Made by a program: the position numbers and the translations under genes. From the human T2T-CHM13v2.0 reference genome, Homo sapiens, in assembly GCF_009914755.1 (NCBI RefSeq), contig NC_060940.1: a stretch of 64,000 nucleotides of DNA; one strand, given 5' to 3'. Positions 1 through 30,310 of the stretch are shown piece by piece. The notes beneath the pieces are model-generated. The model did not search any database. It worked only from the letters and a program-made list of their open reading frames with translations, and was not told the DNA's origin. Each line of letters begins with the position of its first letter. The stretch's first letter is position 1.

Positions 1-1670
<1,670 letters not shown>

Positions 1671-4600
1671 AGAGAAGTTTCCATCTCTTAGTGGCATCCT
1701 CCTTTCCCTCTCTTTTCTCCCTAAGGAGTACAGGCACATGGGGAGAGAGGGATGGGGTTTACGTGACTCAGTGGCCATGAAGGAAACAGGCCTATCCCCA
1801 CACTGGTCCTTGGGCATGCCATGGCCAATGTCTGATGGTCTCTGATGCAATGTCTCCTATGGCCTGGTCACTGGGGGCCTTGTTGGCCTCCAAAGTCTGT
1901 TCATGGCTGGTGCACTTGGGACCCTTTCCTGGGCTAGGCTGTTCCAGGGGTGCTCTCAGGACAACCGGTCCCACCTCAGTGCCTCTGAGGTATACCTGTG
2001 ACTCCAGTTCGGGCCGACTCAGGCATCCTACGCTATGGAATTCAACACAGAGCAGAAGTCTCCCCGACCATTATGGCCTCCTCCTCCTGCCACCTGTGGT
2101 CCTGTCCATGTCATAGCAGAACGACTGGTGGCTCAGGCAACCAAACCTGAAAGCCCCCATTCCACAGCCTTCATTGAGCTATCAACTGTGCCACCATGAC
2201 CAGCTAATTTTTGTATTTTTAGTAGAGACAGGGTTTCACCATGTCGGCCAGGCTGGTCTCAAACTCCTGATGTCAGGTGATCCATCCACCTTGGCCTCCC
2301 AGTGTGCTAGGGTTATAGGCGTGAGCCACCGCGCCCAGCCACTCCCCACATTTTGGATTACGCTCTGTTAGAGAAATAACATGAGCAGTGCTACTACTTG
2401 TGCCCAAATGTTTCACAGAGCTTTTATGAAAGAGCTCTTTCAGTTTTCTCATAAAGCTTACCAACATGGCTTTCTGGACTCAGATATAAGGGGCTGAACT
2501 GAGAGCCAACTCTGAGTGGCAGATTCATACTATCCCACGAATCACTACTTTCTCTCCAAAAACTGAGGGTGCGTTTCTGGGCCAAACCAGTGTATCTGAC
2601 TCTTAAGATGAGTGCCATTGCAGGTCTCTCAGCGACTCATACAATTAGAGATCTAGTGGGCCTACCTTAGTTTGCCAGACATTCCCAAGGATGTCTGAAC
2701 TCAACAACACATACAGCCTAGGCTAAAGGTGGCATCTCTGCTATGTATTCTTTTTTCTTCAAAATCTCTTAAGATGATAAATAGAGGCTGCAAAGTTCAA
2801 AGTATTGCTGAAATGCTTGTAAGACCGTTATTCCTTGTTCTGGACTTAGCAAAAATAACAACTCTTTTAAGATGCTGTAGTCTGTGGGGGCTAACTCCCT
2901 AAACTGAAAGATAAAAATGATCAAAGGAGAGGAAAATGTATTATCATCAAACTCTCTTCAGGTTCTCTCAAAGTTAAGTCCAAAATTCAATGAACAAAAG
3001 AAAATGGATTTCTTACACCTCCCTTCTGCATTCCTCTGAATAAATTCAGCCCCCATTAGTGGCTACAATATCAGAGATGATTTTATAAGTCAGTTATATT
3101 TTTAAAAGGGGAGTGGCAATGTAGAAAATGCCTCCTTTATGATTTCCAGTGGTCTTCTTTATACTCTATGCATTTTAGTCAAAATGATATTTCCATCAGA
3201 CTCCAATTCTTAAACCTTATTTGACACATAAGAAAAATCAAAACCAATCTTTGATCATCTGATAGCCACTAAATCCTTAATTACAAATTAGAAGGGAAAC
3301 TCCTTCACGCTTTTTTCATAATAGAGACGTCTACCCCATGCTGAATTGCATCACGTAAGAGATGAAACAACGTCTACTTTGAATCAGACACTAAACACCA
3401 GCAAGCATGCTTTATTTAACACATCACACAATGAGAGCTGACTTAAATCTTCTTAACCTAAAAGTTCTGCTATCTTAGAATGCAAGAGCAGTCATCTGAT
3501 AGTCAAATCAAAAATATTAAAAGAAATGAAGAAAACCCAAAGCAATGTTCCCAAAAGTAAGAAAAGTACATGTAATGAAAGGGATTGACAAGACACAGAA
3601 AGAATATCAAAAGCTCCCTGATTACACTGGAAGAAGGCCAAGACTCAGAGCAAAAGTCTCCTGGTCAGTCTTCAAAGATGCACAGCTGAAGGCTCCTGAG
3701 CAATTGTGGGACTCAACCACAAAATGTGTAACTAATTATGCCTACAATTAGTTATGAGATTAGGTGATTAAAATTAAAAATGAGAAGTGTTATCAAGTCG
3801 AGTAACCCCAAAACAAAGAGGCACAATGGCCGCTACTACACTCTGAAATCAGGTTCTTCAGAACTTTCAAACAAACATTTCATCTAGAAGAACACATGCC
3901 GAACTGTTAGGGGTGATTATATGTGGGTGGTGGGATTATGGGAGATTTTTACTTTATAAGTTTTATATTTCTGTACTACGTGAAGTTCTAACAATGAGTG
4001 GACATTACTCTTAGGAACAGAAAGCATGCTTTTAGATCTTTTTGGTAAGTATATTTTCAAAAATTAAAAAAGAAAATTATGAAACAGCAGGAGTTTTCAT
4101 TTTCATTTATTTAAGAGACAGTCTCACTCTCTCCCCCAGGCTGGAGTGCAGTGGCACAATCATAGCTCACTGTAACCTCATACTCCTAGGCTCAAGCAAT
4201 CCTCTCACCTCAGCCTCCCAAGTAGTAGCTGGGACTATAGGTCTATAGGTGCATGCCACCATGCTTGGCTAATTTTTTTTTTTTTTTTTTTTTGGAGAGA
4301 CAAGGTCTTGAAATGTTGCCCAGGCTGGTTTCAAACTCCTGGCCTTAAGCAATCCTCTTACCTTGGCCTTGAGCCATGCCACCCAGCCAGGGAACTTTGA
4401 AGTAATTTTTTATTATCCATTCCTTCATCTTTCACAGGCAATCAATCACCATTTTCTGTCCATTTTTCTCTGAAATGCATCTCCCTGTTTCTTTTTCTGT
4501 TCCCTCTGCCACCCCAGGTATTTGTCACCTCATACTAAATTATTTAAAATTCCTCCTAACAGAGCTTTCCTGATTCCTTGTTCTCTTAAAAAAAAAAATT

Positions 4601-5430
4601 ATTTCTTTTTTCAGAGACAAGGTCTCACTATGTTGCTCAGGCTGGTCTTGAACTCCACCTCAACCTCCCAAGTAGCTGGGACTACAGGTGCCACCACCAC
4701 ATCCAGCACTAGCTCTCTTTCTGTGAATCTACTTTGCATACTACTACCAGATTAATCTTCTAAAAATGTCACTTCTTTCATATCACTTTCTGACTTACAA
4801 TAAAAATCCTGTGCCCTTTATAAACTGGTCCTACCCAACCAACATAAACTTCTCACTACTCTCTTAAATATGTCTCTGCTCAGGACAGCCCAGTAGTCTC
4901 CCATCCCTGGCTCCCCTCACCCGAGTCAGGCACTATTATTATCCCTCTTTTACATAGAGGAAATTGAGGTGTAGAGAGATTAAGTGACCCATTTAAAATA
5001 TCCTAGCCAGTGAATAGGAAAAGCAAAATTCAAATCTAGATCTGACTCACAGCCCACGCTCTTTTCTATTACCTTCACAGTCGGAGACGACAGGGAGAAA
5101 GATTACAGGGAAGGGTGCCAGAGGCATCAAGAATTTATTCTCTACCATGTTCCAGTTTCTCCACACTCTCAAACTCAGTCCTGCTGGAATGTTTCCAAAA
5201 TGCTACCTAGCTTGAGGAACCTCTTCAGATTCTGATCATATCACTTGAGCTGAGCGATATTCCATGACAGGCCTAAATAACCCTCAAATGAAAGAGTAAA
5301 TGCAGCAAATAACAGAGAAAGTAAGTGACGGAGCTCACATTTAGGGAGCAGCTATATAACCAAGCATTGAGTGGCAGATAATGGATTTACCAAGAACCTT
5401 AGGTTCACAAAGAATTCACAAATTGCCTAG

Positions 5431-5900
5431 TGTTTCTGTTATCTGTTGCTGCACAACAAACCACCCAAAACTTAGTGACTTAAAACAGCAACGATGACTT
5501 ATTATTTCACAGAATTTTATAACCTGGGCTGGGCTCAGCTGGGCAGTTCTTCTGCTCCACATGCTATCTACTAGGGCTGGAATATCCACAGTGGTTTTTT
5601 CACTCTCATTTCTTGGGACCCTGCCTGTAATGGCTGGAATAGCTGGGGAATGGCCAAGCATTCCTCTTCTATTCCATATGGTCTCTCCTGCAAAGTAGCC
5701 AGATTTTTCTACATGACTCAGGGTTCCAAGAGTGGGCATTCCAAGAGAACAAGCTGCAACATGAGAGTGTTACTCAAGCCTCTGTTTGTATTACACTTGC
5801 TAATATCTCATGTGCCAGAGCAAGTCACATGCCCAAGCTCACAGTCAATTTTGGAGGAGATAACCAGGGCATGAAGGCCAGATGCATGATTCATTGGGGC
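5431..5900 (-). mobile_element. MLT1-type MaLR LTR
   Basis: ttatctgttgctgcacaacaaaccacccaaaacttagtgacttaaaacagc...ctgggctcagctgggcagttc...gcaagtcacatgcccaagc. Confidence 0.7.
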
Positions 5901-6445
5901 CTGGCACATTTGATCATGGTGAGCATGTCTGACAGACTGAGCACACTTTCTGACACCATATGGGATATTATACAGGATTTACATTTATTATTTGCTTATA
6001 GTCTATCTCCTCTAACAAGACTATAAGTTCAAAGAGGGCAAGAGCTTTGTTTTGTTTATTCCTATATAACCAGTATTTAGAAGAGTGGCACAGAGTTAAA
6101 TTGTTAAGTGAGTATTGAGAAAAACATCAGAGATACTGGTTATAGAAGACTGCCAAAGTTTACAGTGCAAAAGAGTCATTATCTAAGTGGAAAAATTAAA
6201 GATTCTAGAAACACCGTTGGCACAGCTTTTGCCCTTTCCAGGCCTACAGAGGCTGATGGAGAATGATGTTGTAGCTGGGCCTCTGAGTAGATGAAGGCAT
6301 CTATTATGAAGAAATCAAATCCATTCTATGCAGCTATTAATGATGATGTAGACCTAGATTTGCTATAAGGAAGTGTGTTAATGATAAATTATTAACTCAA
6401 AAGAGCAAATTTCAGAACTTTATGTAGAGTTAAACTCCATTTGCA

Positions 6446-8792
<2,347 letters not shown>

Positions 8793-9054
8793 GTAAACAG
8801 GAGTTTACAAACTAAACAAGAGCTTACATTCTAATGAGAGACAAAGAATGAACAGAATAAGTAAATTCTACAAACTATTCACAAGTGGTAAAAACTATGG
8901 AGAAAACTAAAGCAGAAACACATTAGGGGGAGAAAGACAAAATTTTTTCAAAGCGTGAGAAAAAGCCCACCTCGAGAGCAACATTTGAGCAACAATTTTC
9001 ATTTGTAATGAGAAAATACCGACTTCGTAAGGTTGTTACAAGCCTTGTTAACAC

Positions 9055-9186
9055 AGCATGGGCCTCACCTGAAAGCTTGTTAGAAGCTCAGAATTTCAGG
9101 TCCCATCTCAGACCTACAGAATCAGAATCTGAATTTTAACAAGGTCCCCTGGTGATTTGTAAGCATATCAAAGTTTGAGAAGCATT
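9055..9186. mobile_element. MER5A-like hAT fragment
   Basis: cacctgaaagcttgttagaa...agacctacagaatcagaatctg..ttttaacaag..aagtttgagaagca. Confidence 0.7.
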
Positions 9187-10620
9187 AATTAAAAGGATTA
9201 AATATTTGCGTCTGAACCAGGGCTGGCATATTATAGGCACTCAATAGATTCAATAATTCTTAGTTTTCTTTCCCCATTAACATAACCCTTATATCTTTCT
9301 AGTTATAATTAAGAATGAATGGCCAGGCACAGTAGCTCACACCTGTAATCCCAGCAGTTTGGGAGGCTGAGGTGGGAGGATTGCTTGAGGCTGGGGGTTT
9401 AAGACCAGCTTGGACAACATAGTGAGACACCAACTGTACCAAAAAAAAAAATGAAAAAATAAAGATAGCATTGAGTCTCTTCAATTAATTATGAATATTA
9501 AGCATATCCTGCCATTTACTTCCTTGCAGATCTAGCAGAAAATCTGAAAATAAAGCCAAGTTGCAGACAGAAGACAAAGATAAATTCACATGCAGACAAA
9601 TTCAAACTCCTGACTACATTAATGTCTCTCATTGGTGGCCAAATTTCAGTCTAATCTTTGCTAATGTTTTTCACCACCCACAAATAAGAGAGACTGAGTG
9701 TGTCCCTTGACATTTGGAGATCAGGAAGTCCACCTTAAAAAGACAAGAGGCCAAAATGTTGGGAAAATCCTCTGGTGATAAAGGGAAAGCAAAAATTGTT
9801 TAAAAACAGAACAAAATATAAGTAAATAATTCAGGTTGCTTAAGTACTGTTTTCGTTTACAGAAACAGCAACTTCAAATGAGACGATATAAACCTGTATG
9901 ATTTTTCTTATAATTTGCCTCCTGCAAATAAGCTTAAGTCTTTGTCTACCTTAGTCTTCTCTTTCCTAGCTACATATCACAACATACTTCCTTACTGCCT
10001 TCCTTCCGTCTTTTCTTCAACGCTTCTGTAAATTTTGATTTCAAAAGCAACGGCACAATTGCGTTCTTCTAGCCCTAGTTACGCAGTAATATAACGACAG
10101 GTGGAAACCTGCAGGTTGCCACGTTCATTGCAAAGTGTCCACAGTAAAGATAAAGGAGAAATTCCCCCGGCAATGAAAACGAGAATGAGATAAATTACCA
10201 AATTACATTAAAAGCGTGCTCTTATGTTAGAGATTTAAAGTTCCTCTCAGAAATCGCGGAGGATTTTGACCTGAAGCAAAAGTGAACTTCTTCCGGGTGG
10301 TAGAAAAGTAAACTGTCAACTATTTACTTTGGGGGGGTGGCGGGGGGAGGGTGCTGGGAAGGAATTGAGGCGAAAAGCCTCTGCAGGTGACGGTACAGGC
10401 CAATACCAGGAGGTCAAGTCGCCGGTGTCCCTTCGGCCCTTAAGTCCAGGGAAACGCACGGCGAGGGACGAGGGGCGATTCCCGCCTTTCTCCAGCCCTT
10501 TCTCCGCCCACAAATGACGGCGGTGGCGAAGATCCGGGCCCGCCGCGCGAGGCACTCTGGGAGCGGAAGAAGGAGGCCGCGCGAGGGCTGACGAACCGGA
10601 AGAAGAGGAACTGGGCCTGA

Positions 10621-19517
<8,897 letters not shown>

Positions 19518-20075
19518 AACATGTATTAAATAGCTTTTTTAATTTGTAAATTAAAATCTTACAAACTAAATCAGTGTGCTGCTAGAGGGTTCTTTTTCAC
19601 TTGACATGCTTATTAGAAAGCTGACCCAACAAGAGCTCTCTGCCTCCGGTCACTCTTGCTGTGGTGCTACGTGGAAGTGAATGGAGACTGATCTCAAATC
19701 TGAACTGCAGCTTTCGCTGCTGTGAGTTGGGGATATGATAGTCAGCTCAGGCTTCAGATTGTATGAGAAAAATGAAGAGAAGTCAACAAATATTTTGGTA
19801 CTCTTCATTCATTTATCTCTAAAACCAGGAGTTGAATTTTCCTCATCTTGAAAGACTCTTGGGGTCTGTTTCTGGTATTTTACAAAATTGCTAAGTGGAA
19901 TGCATGAATTGCATTATGTTCTCTGGTAACACGTAGAGTTCAGACCCTTCTGAACTCTGTTGATAATACCACACCATGTTCTGGACCCATAGCTCTGGCA
20001 TCCTCAGGGGTTGTGATCCAGCTCCATATATTGTTTACCTTCAAAGATACAATTAAATGGCTTGATTTTTAAGCT
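19518..20075 (+). terminator. PSMD7: PSMD7 3' UTR with ATTAAA poly(A) signals (proximal 19525 and 19549; distal 20052)
   Basis: ATTAAA at 20052-20057 followed by GT/T-rich downstream element (gctgtgttctagtcgtttttg); proximal ATTAAA hexamers just after the stop; cleavage position inferred. Confidence 0.65.
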
Positions 20076-20732
20076 GTGTTCTAGTCGTTTTTGACTTCGG
20101 GAGTAGTGATCTGTAGTTTCCAGAAGCAGCCAAGACAGTCTTCGATTGGAGCTGCCTTAAGTTCTCTTGCACTTGGTATCATTTATGAAAGAGCATCTCA
20201 TTCCCCTAAATGGAAACAGGCAGTCTGCTGTAGTGAGGAGAGTTCTCTGAGCCCAGAAGACCCGGGTTCCAGTTTGTACCTCAGATCCCTCATTTATGAG
20301 GTGGTAGGTTGCAGTCAGTCATCTCTGAAGTCCCCAGAACAGTGTTTCAAAAGGGACACATTTACCACACTGCAGCAAGTTGTAAGTACCTCAGACCACA
20401 GGCCAAACAGGCATGTTACTAAGAATGGAACAATGTTTCCCCCAAGATAAGTGCACAGGACTCCTAGAGGAACAAATTAAATAAGGCACTAAATCATTTG
20501 ACATACAGTAGTCACGGATATTAAATTTCCTCTCTTGAACAGATAGAACCTCTCAAATGCACTACGTGGATTATTCATCTTCAAAGATATAAGAATACAA
20601 TAAAATAGCACAAAAACTCAGTTGCATCTCAGAAACCACTTCATGAGGTTATAATGCCTTAAAGTAATCAGAAGCATCGATTTTTATTCCATAGACCTGC
20701 CAAAGAGCTAGTTAGTGGGAATTTGGGAATAG

Positions 20733-20949
20733 GTAGAGCTTGAGTATCCCTTATCTGAAATGCTTGGAACCAGAAGTATTAAAAGATTTAGGAAATTTTT
20801 TTTTTTAATATTTGCATTATGCTTAACGGCTGAGCATGCCTAATAGGAAATGTTCCAATGAGCATTTCCTTTCAATACCATGTAAGTGCTCAAAAAGTTT
20901 CAGATTTTGGAGCATTTCAAATTTTTGGATTAGGGGCACTCAACCTGTA
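20733..20949. mobile_element. Tigger4/MER46-like TcMar DNA transposon
   Basis: ttgagtatcccttatctgaaatgcttggaaccagaagt ... tttggattaggggcactcaacctgta (TIR-like ends, TA flanks). Confidence 0.75.
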
Positions 20950-22285
20950 GTAAAATGTAAAATGGCTCTTATTCAGCATAAATAGAGGCATGCCCCCATC
21001 AGGGGTCATTTCAGAGTTCATCAAGATTCTGAGATAAAAAAGCATGGTACAGTGAAAACAACAAAATTGACTTTCCTGTTTCAGAAGCCAAAAGTCAGAC
21101 GGTTTGTATCTAATTGAATAAAAGAAACTTGAAGTACGTAAGTTAAAACTTGAGGTGTATCCCAAACCATGGGAGCGTTGAAGAAGCTTTTGAGATCTGG
21201 GTGCCATGTTTGGAACACACTGATGTGACAGGTTGCCTGGACCACAAACCCTGGCTAGGAAATGGGCAAGAGCAAGACCCAGGCATCGGGGGAGAGCCAG
21301 GTGCCATGGTGCTGAGGCTCTAAGCAAGGGAACGCAACGTCATCCTAAGGAACGGGTCCTGTATGTAAGGCTCAGGGGCCAGTGCACACCTGAATTGACA
21401 CCGCACAGGATTCAGGTCTGCCTTTAAGAACATAATGCAGGGTTGGGGGCAGTGGCTGGTGCTTGTAGTCCCAACACTGGGAGGCTGAGGCAGGAGGATC
21501 ACTTGAGGCCAGGAGTAAGAGACCAGCCTGAACAACATAGTAAGAGCCATCTACAAAAAATTCTAAAATTGCCTGGGTGTGGTGGGATGTGCCTTAGTCC
21601 TAGCTACTGAAGAGGCTGAGGTAGGACACTGGAGCCCAGGAGCTCAAGGTTACAGTGAGCTGTGATCACATGCCACTGCACTCCAGCCTAGGCAACAGAG
21701 CAAAATCCTGTCTCTTTAAAAAACAAAAAGTATCATTTGGATTTAAAAGACTTTCCCAGGGTCCAGTGAACTAGCACAATGCCACAGACTTGTAAGTTGG
21801 TCATAGTTTGATGAACTGAAATGTTTATTGAGCATCTAAGAACATAGGAATCCCCAGGCCTTATTATTTTTAATAGTTTGGCCCACATACGGACAAAACT
21901 GACTTCTACCTTCCTAACAGAAATCTTCCATTTCTACTTATGAAGAAAATAGCTTATAGCCTGTGGAGTCACTTAGGCATATTTTCTAAGGCCAAATTGC
22001 TGCCATCATGTAGAAGAGGGGGAGCCCAGTAGTGCTACCGATGAAGTCTTGCTCATACAAATAGCGGCTGACTTGACTGCAAAACCCAGGGCCCACCCCT
22101 AAAATAAAGCCTTACATTTGTGTATTCTGGCATTCTGGAGATGAGACTTCTAAACGGCTTTTGCTGGCTTTGGAAACACTAAAAAAGTATTCTGGAAAAA
22201 GTGTGATCCTCAGCCTGGATCTCATCTTCCTAGCTGCAACATTAGCTTCCCTTCGATTTCACCACAGCTTCAGAATGACTGCCTA

Positions 22286-22828
<543 letters not shown>

Positions 22829-23757
22829 TTATACTAGATATTCGACTTAAAAATATCTCAATGAAGGGTTAGTTTTCTCAAAAAAAAATGAAAAAGAAAA
22901 CAGGAAATAGCCCTCAACTTATGGAAAAGAATGAAATCTCCCATTCACTGGGTAGTTATGCAAAGGCTTTTTCTTCTACCATTTTCCATTAAGCAGAATA
23001 AAACTTGAGAATGAGTTAGGATTGTTTGTTAGACTATAACATGCTAACAAAACCACTTTCATCTGCCCTGTCTGGGAAAATGCGGTGGATACAGGACATG
23101 TGGGAAGGCAGAGAAACATTTGATTTATATGGCCCACAAGAGAAAATGTTTACAACTTCCCTAAGCAAATGTACTGCAAATTATTACACATAATACCTGT
23201 GTACATTCCTATGCCATTCAACTCTTGGCATTACCGATTTTTGCCTGGTAGCAGTGCAAAATTGAGATCTTTTTTTAAAAACTAAAGCCTGTTTTTTGGC
23301 CAGGCACAGTGGCTCACACCTGTAATTGGGAGGCCGAGGCGGGCGGATCACACGGTTAGGAGTTCGAGACCAGCCTGGCCAATATGGAGAAACACCATCT
23401 CTACTAAAAATACAACAATTAGCTGGGCATGGTGATGGGAGCCTGTAATCCCAGCTACTCGGGAGGCTGAGGCAGGAGAATTGCTTGAACCCGGGAGGCG
23501 GAGGTTGCACTGAGCTGGAGATCGTGCCACTGCACTCCAGCCTGGGTAACAGAGCAAGACTCCATCTCAAAAAAAAAAAAGTAAAGGCTGTTTTTATTGG
23601 GGGAATAATTAAGAATTGACTCAGTATAGACATGGAAGTGAGGAAAGAAAATATGTGAAAAGAAAGGAAGAAGAAATTATGGAAGTCGTGTTTCTAGGGC
23701 CCAAATCAAGAGAAATCTTTTGCTAATCATTGCTCTTTGGAGCCAACCTGTTCTTCG

Positions 23758-23773
23758 ACACTAGATGGCGTCA
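23758..23773 (+). promoter_or_regulatory. Candidate CTCF site (forward)
   Basis: ACACTAGATGGCGTCA vs consensus CCASYAGRKGGCRSY; CpG retained in non-Alu sequence. Confidence 0.6.
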
Positions 23774-24233
23774 TTCACTCACCTCAGCTCATCTCTTGGC
23801 AAGAGAAAAATTTGATTCCCAGTTGGGCATAGATTTGGGAATCTCCCCCAATTACTTCCTGCCATTTCTGCTTTCAGCTGAAGCCACCCAGGCAAAATTT
23901 TGAAGGAACTTGAAGAGGCTATGGGTGCAAAAAGACTGGGTTAAGCATCCACACCTCCACCCTTACTGTCCTCTTGCACACTGCTGCTGGGGGATGAATA
24001 CATTAATACAAGCAGATAGTATGTGCTTCGATTTCCCTTACTGCTGGTATTACTCTTCTAATTTTTTTTTTTTCCTCGAGACTGGGTCTTGCTCTGTCTC
24101 TCACACTGGAGTGCAGCGATGCGATCACAGCTCACTGCAGCCTCAACGTCCTGGGCTCAAGCGATCCTCCTGCCTCAGCCTCCTGAGTAGCTGAGAGGGC
24201 AGGCACGAGCCACCACGCCCAGGTAATTTTTAA

Positions 24234-24428
<195 letters not shown>

Positions 24429-24679
24429 TGAGGAGCATTGATTTGTAAGCCTTTCCCAATTTCACTGGTATAAATACTTCCACGGTGCCTGGTTTCAAGC
24501 CAACAACCTGAGTTGGAAGGAGAGGCGCAGGAGCACAGTGCTACATAGTATTTCCACCTTACAGATAAGATAGACAAAAATAACCTGAGGAGCACACCTG
24601 ATAGTAAAATGTAGTAAAGAAATTAGGGCCGGGTGCGATGGCTCACACCTGGCCTTGGGAGGCCAAGGCGGGCAGATCA

Positions 24680-24982
<303 letters not shown>

Positions 24983-25006
24983 TTAATTGTAAGTTTATCC
25001 AATTTA

Positions 25007-25306
25007 ATTTTTTTTTTTTTTTTTGAGATGGAGTCTCACTGTGTTGCCCAGGCTGGAGTGCAGTGGCGCGATCTCAGCTCACTGCAGGCTCCACCCCCTG
25101 GGGTTCACGCCATTCTCCTGCCTCAGCCTCCCGAGTAGCTGGGACTACAGGTGCCTGCCACCTCGCCCGGCTAATTTTTTGTATTTTTAGTAGAGATGGG
25201 GTTTCACCGTGTTAGCCAGGATGGTCTCGATCTCCTGACCTCGTGATCCGCCAGCCTCGGCCCCCCAAAGTGCTGGGATTACAGGCGTGAGCCACCGCGC
25301 CCGGCC
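25007..25306 (-). mobile_element. AluY-type element with TSD
   Basis: AluY diagnostics (gttcacgccattctcc, gttagccaggatggtctcgatctcc), CpG-rich; TSD ccaatttaattttt on both sides. Confidence 0.9.
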
Positions 25307-25674
25307 CAATTTAATTTTTAACAATGGTTTTGTTTAGCCTCCAGCTCACAAAATTTCTGAAAATTTAACAATTGGCTTTTGCAAACCTGTGCAACCTGGC
25401 TCCAAGCCCACCCATTCCAGTCCTATTTAAATGATCACTGCCTTCATGACTGTTACTTAATCCCCAGTTGTTTTCATTTTGTACCTGTTTCTGTTTTTCT
25501 CAAGAAAACTTACCAAGACTTGGGTTCATTTAAAGTAGCCCTCTTCACACAGTGGCAGATAGTTGTAGGTGACAAATCTTTGTCAAATGCTTGGGACTTT
25601 TCCGGAAGGGGGTGGTGCTGATTGGTTGGTTGACTGATTTGTTCTCACTTACTAGGACCTCAGCTGGCCGTTCT

Positions 25675-26152
<478 letters not shown>

Positions 26153-26175
26153 TTATTTTGATGTAGAACAATCAA

Positions 26176-27205
<1,030 letters not shown>

Positions 27206-27480
27206 CTCTTGGTAGATTTTGGTGCAGACAAATCTGTTAACATTTTTTCCTTATGGCCAGTACTTTCTGGATCATATTTAAGAAGTCTTTTCCCAGCTCA
27301 AAACCCCAAATATATTCTCATCATAGTGTCTTCCTTCTCTGCAGCTCTCGTGCTAAAGTCTGATCAGTGTTAACATCATTTGAGTCATCTTTTAATCAAA
27401 ATAACCAGCTAGGATCCTTGGTTCATGTAGAGCCCCTATCTTCTTCATTTTCTTTGTTTTCATTTTTTTTTTTTTTTTAG

Positions 27481-27663
<183 letters not shown>

Positions 27664-27729
27664 TAGCCAGGCTGGTCTCAAACTCCTGACTTCAAGTGAT
27701 CTGCCTGCCTCGGCCTCCCAAAGTGCTGA

Positions 27730-27900
<171 letters not shown>

Positions 27901-28383
27901 TGAGTAGCTAGGATTATAGGCGTGTGCCACCACACCTGGCTAATTTTTGTATTTTTAGTAGAGATGGGGTTTCACCATGTTGGTCAGGCTGGTCTCAAAC
28001 TCCTGACCTTGTCATCTGCCCGCCTCGGCCTCCCAAAGTGCTGAGATTACAGGCGTGAGCTACTGCACCTGGCCTCTCTTCCTCATTTTCAATCCTGACT
28101 CCATCCCACCTTTTACCCCTCAGCATATAAACCCTCAGCTCCCTCCCATATTACACATGCACATCTGCACTCTGCAGCCCCCGGTATAGCCTTCCTCCAT
28201 CCTTCTTTTCCCAGTTAACCTTCAGCAAATGGCTAATCTATGTCTGTTGCCTTCCTTGTCTTCCAACTGTTTCCTTAATCATCTGCAATCTGGCTTTTGC
28301 CCCCCCACCATTCCACTAAAGTCGCTCTCACTAAAGTCACCAATGGCTTCTTTGCCCATCCAGTTGGCCCTTCTGAGCCCTTA

Positions 28384-28746
28384 TGTATTAGTCCGTTTTC
28401 ACACTGCTGATAAAGACACACCCAAGACTGGGTAATTTATAAAGAAAAAGAGGATTAATGGACTCACAGTTTAAGTGCCTGGGGAGGCCTCACAATCATG
28501 GCAGAAGGCAGAAGGCAGAAGGCACGTCTTACATGGCGGAAGACAAGAGAGAACTTGTGCTTGGGAACTCTTCTTTATAAAACCATCAGATCTGGTGAAA
28601 CTTATTCACTATTATGAGAACAGCATGGAAAAGACTCACCCCCATGATTCAATTGCCTCCCACTGGGTCCCTCCAGTGACATGTAGGAATTGCAGGAGCT
28701 ACAGTTCAAGATGAGATTTGGATGGGGACACAACGAAACCATATTA
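28384..28746 (-). mobile_element. THE1/MST-type MaLR solo LTR
   Basis: tgtattagtccgttttcacactgctgataaagac...ggggacacaacgaaaccatatta; perfect 5-bp TSD CCTTA at 28379-28383 and 28747-28751. Confidence 0.9.
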
Positions 28747-29689
28747 CCTTACCTCCCTGACTTGATCCCTGGCACTTCTATCATGGTACTCTTAACTGCT
28801 TCTTGGACCCTCCTGAGCTCCTTTGGCTCCATTTTCTCTAGACACTCATTTGACTCAACTGATATCTTAAAGAATCCCACATCGTTATCTGATGCCTCTG
28901 ATTCCAATACTCATTCCTCTTTCTTCCAGACCCTGGCTGGTCACGCCACTACACGCCATCAGAACACAGGAGCCATACTGGCCGCCCTGCTCAGCCTCAG
29001 CCTCTGCATTCAGCCACCTGGTCCTGTGGGTCCTACCACGTGGACGCTCTCTGACACCTGCCCTTCTGCATTCCTGCTGCCCCTGCCTATGTGCAAACAT
29101 TCATCTCTTTTCTGTTTTATTGCTACAGTTGCCCAACAGCTCTTTCTACCTACGTTCTCACCTTCCCCCTCCTCCCTATTCTACTCCATTGCCAGAGTTA
29201 CATGGCTGGAGAAAGAACCTCAAATGTAGAGTGGCATGAATCTCACTCCTCAGTTCATGACTGCCATCATCATCATCACCATCATCAAACGTGTCCTTTG
29301 ATTTTTTTTACCTGATTTCCTCTATCATTCTAACCACCCTTCCTTCCCACACACATAAGCTATAGCCACTTCAATGTGTTTAATAAATGTCCTTAGATAT
29401 GGATGGATCCGCGAAGAACATGCAGCATAATGTCCTTGAACTCCTGACCTCAGGTGATCCGCCCACCTCAGCCTCCCAAAGTGCTGGGATTACAGGCGTG
29501 AGCCACCGTACCCAGCCCATGCAGCATAATGTTCTATGTGCATGTGTTTTAATTTCTATAAGTTTCCCTTTAATCTCATTCTTTCCTACCTTTTTTTAAA
29601 ACTCAAAACTATGTTTTAAAGACATGTCTTCATGGCTGTATGTATAGATTCATTCAGTTCATAGCTTGTAACTGCTGGTGGCAGCAACA

Positions 29690-30310
<621 letters not shown>

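Noticed and set aside
28690-29229. 179-aa ORF
   Set aside because: Spans the THE1 end and L2-like decayed sequence; no recognisable domain or splice context
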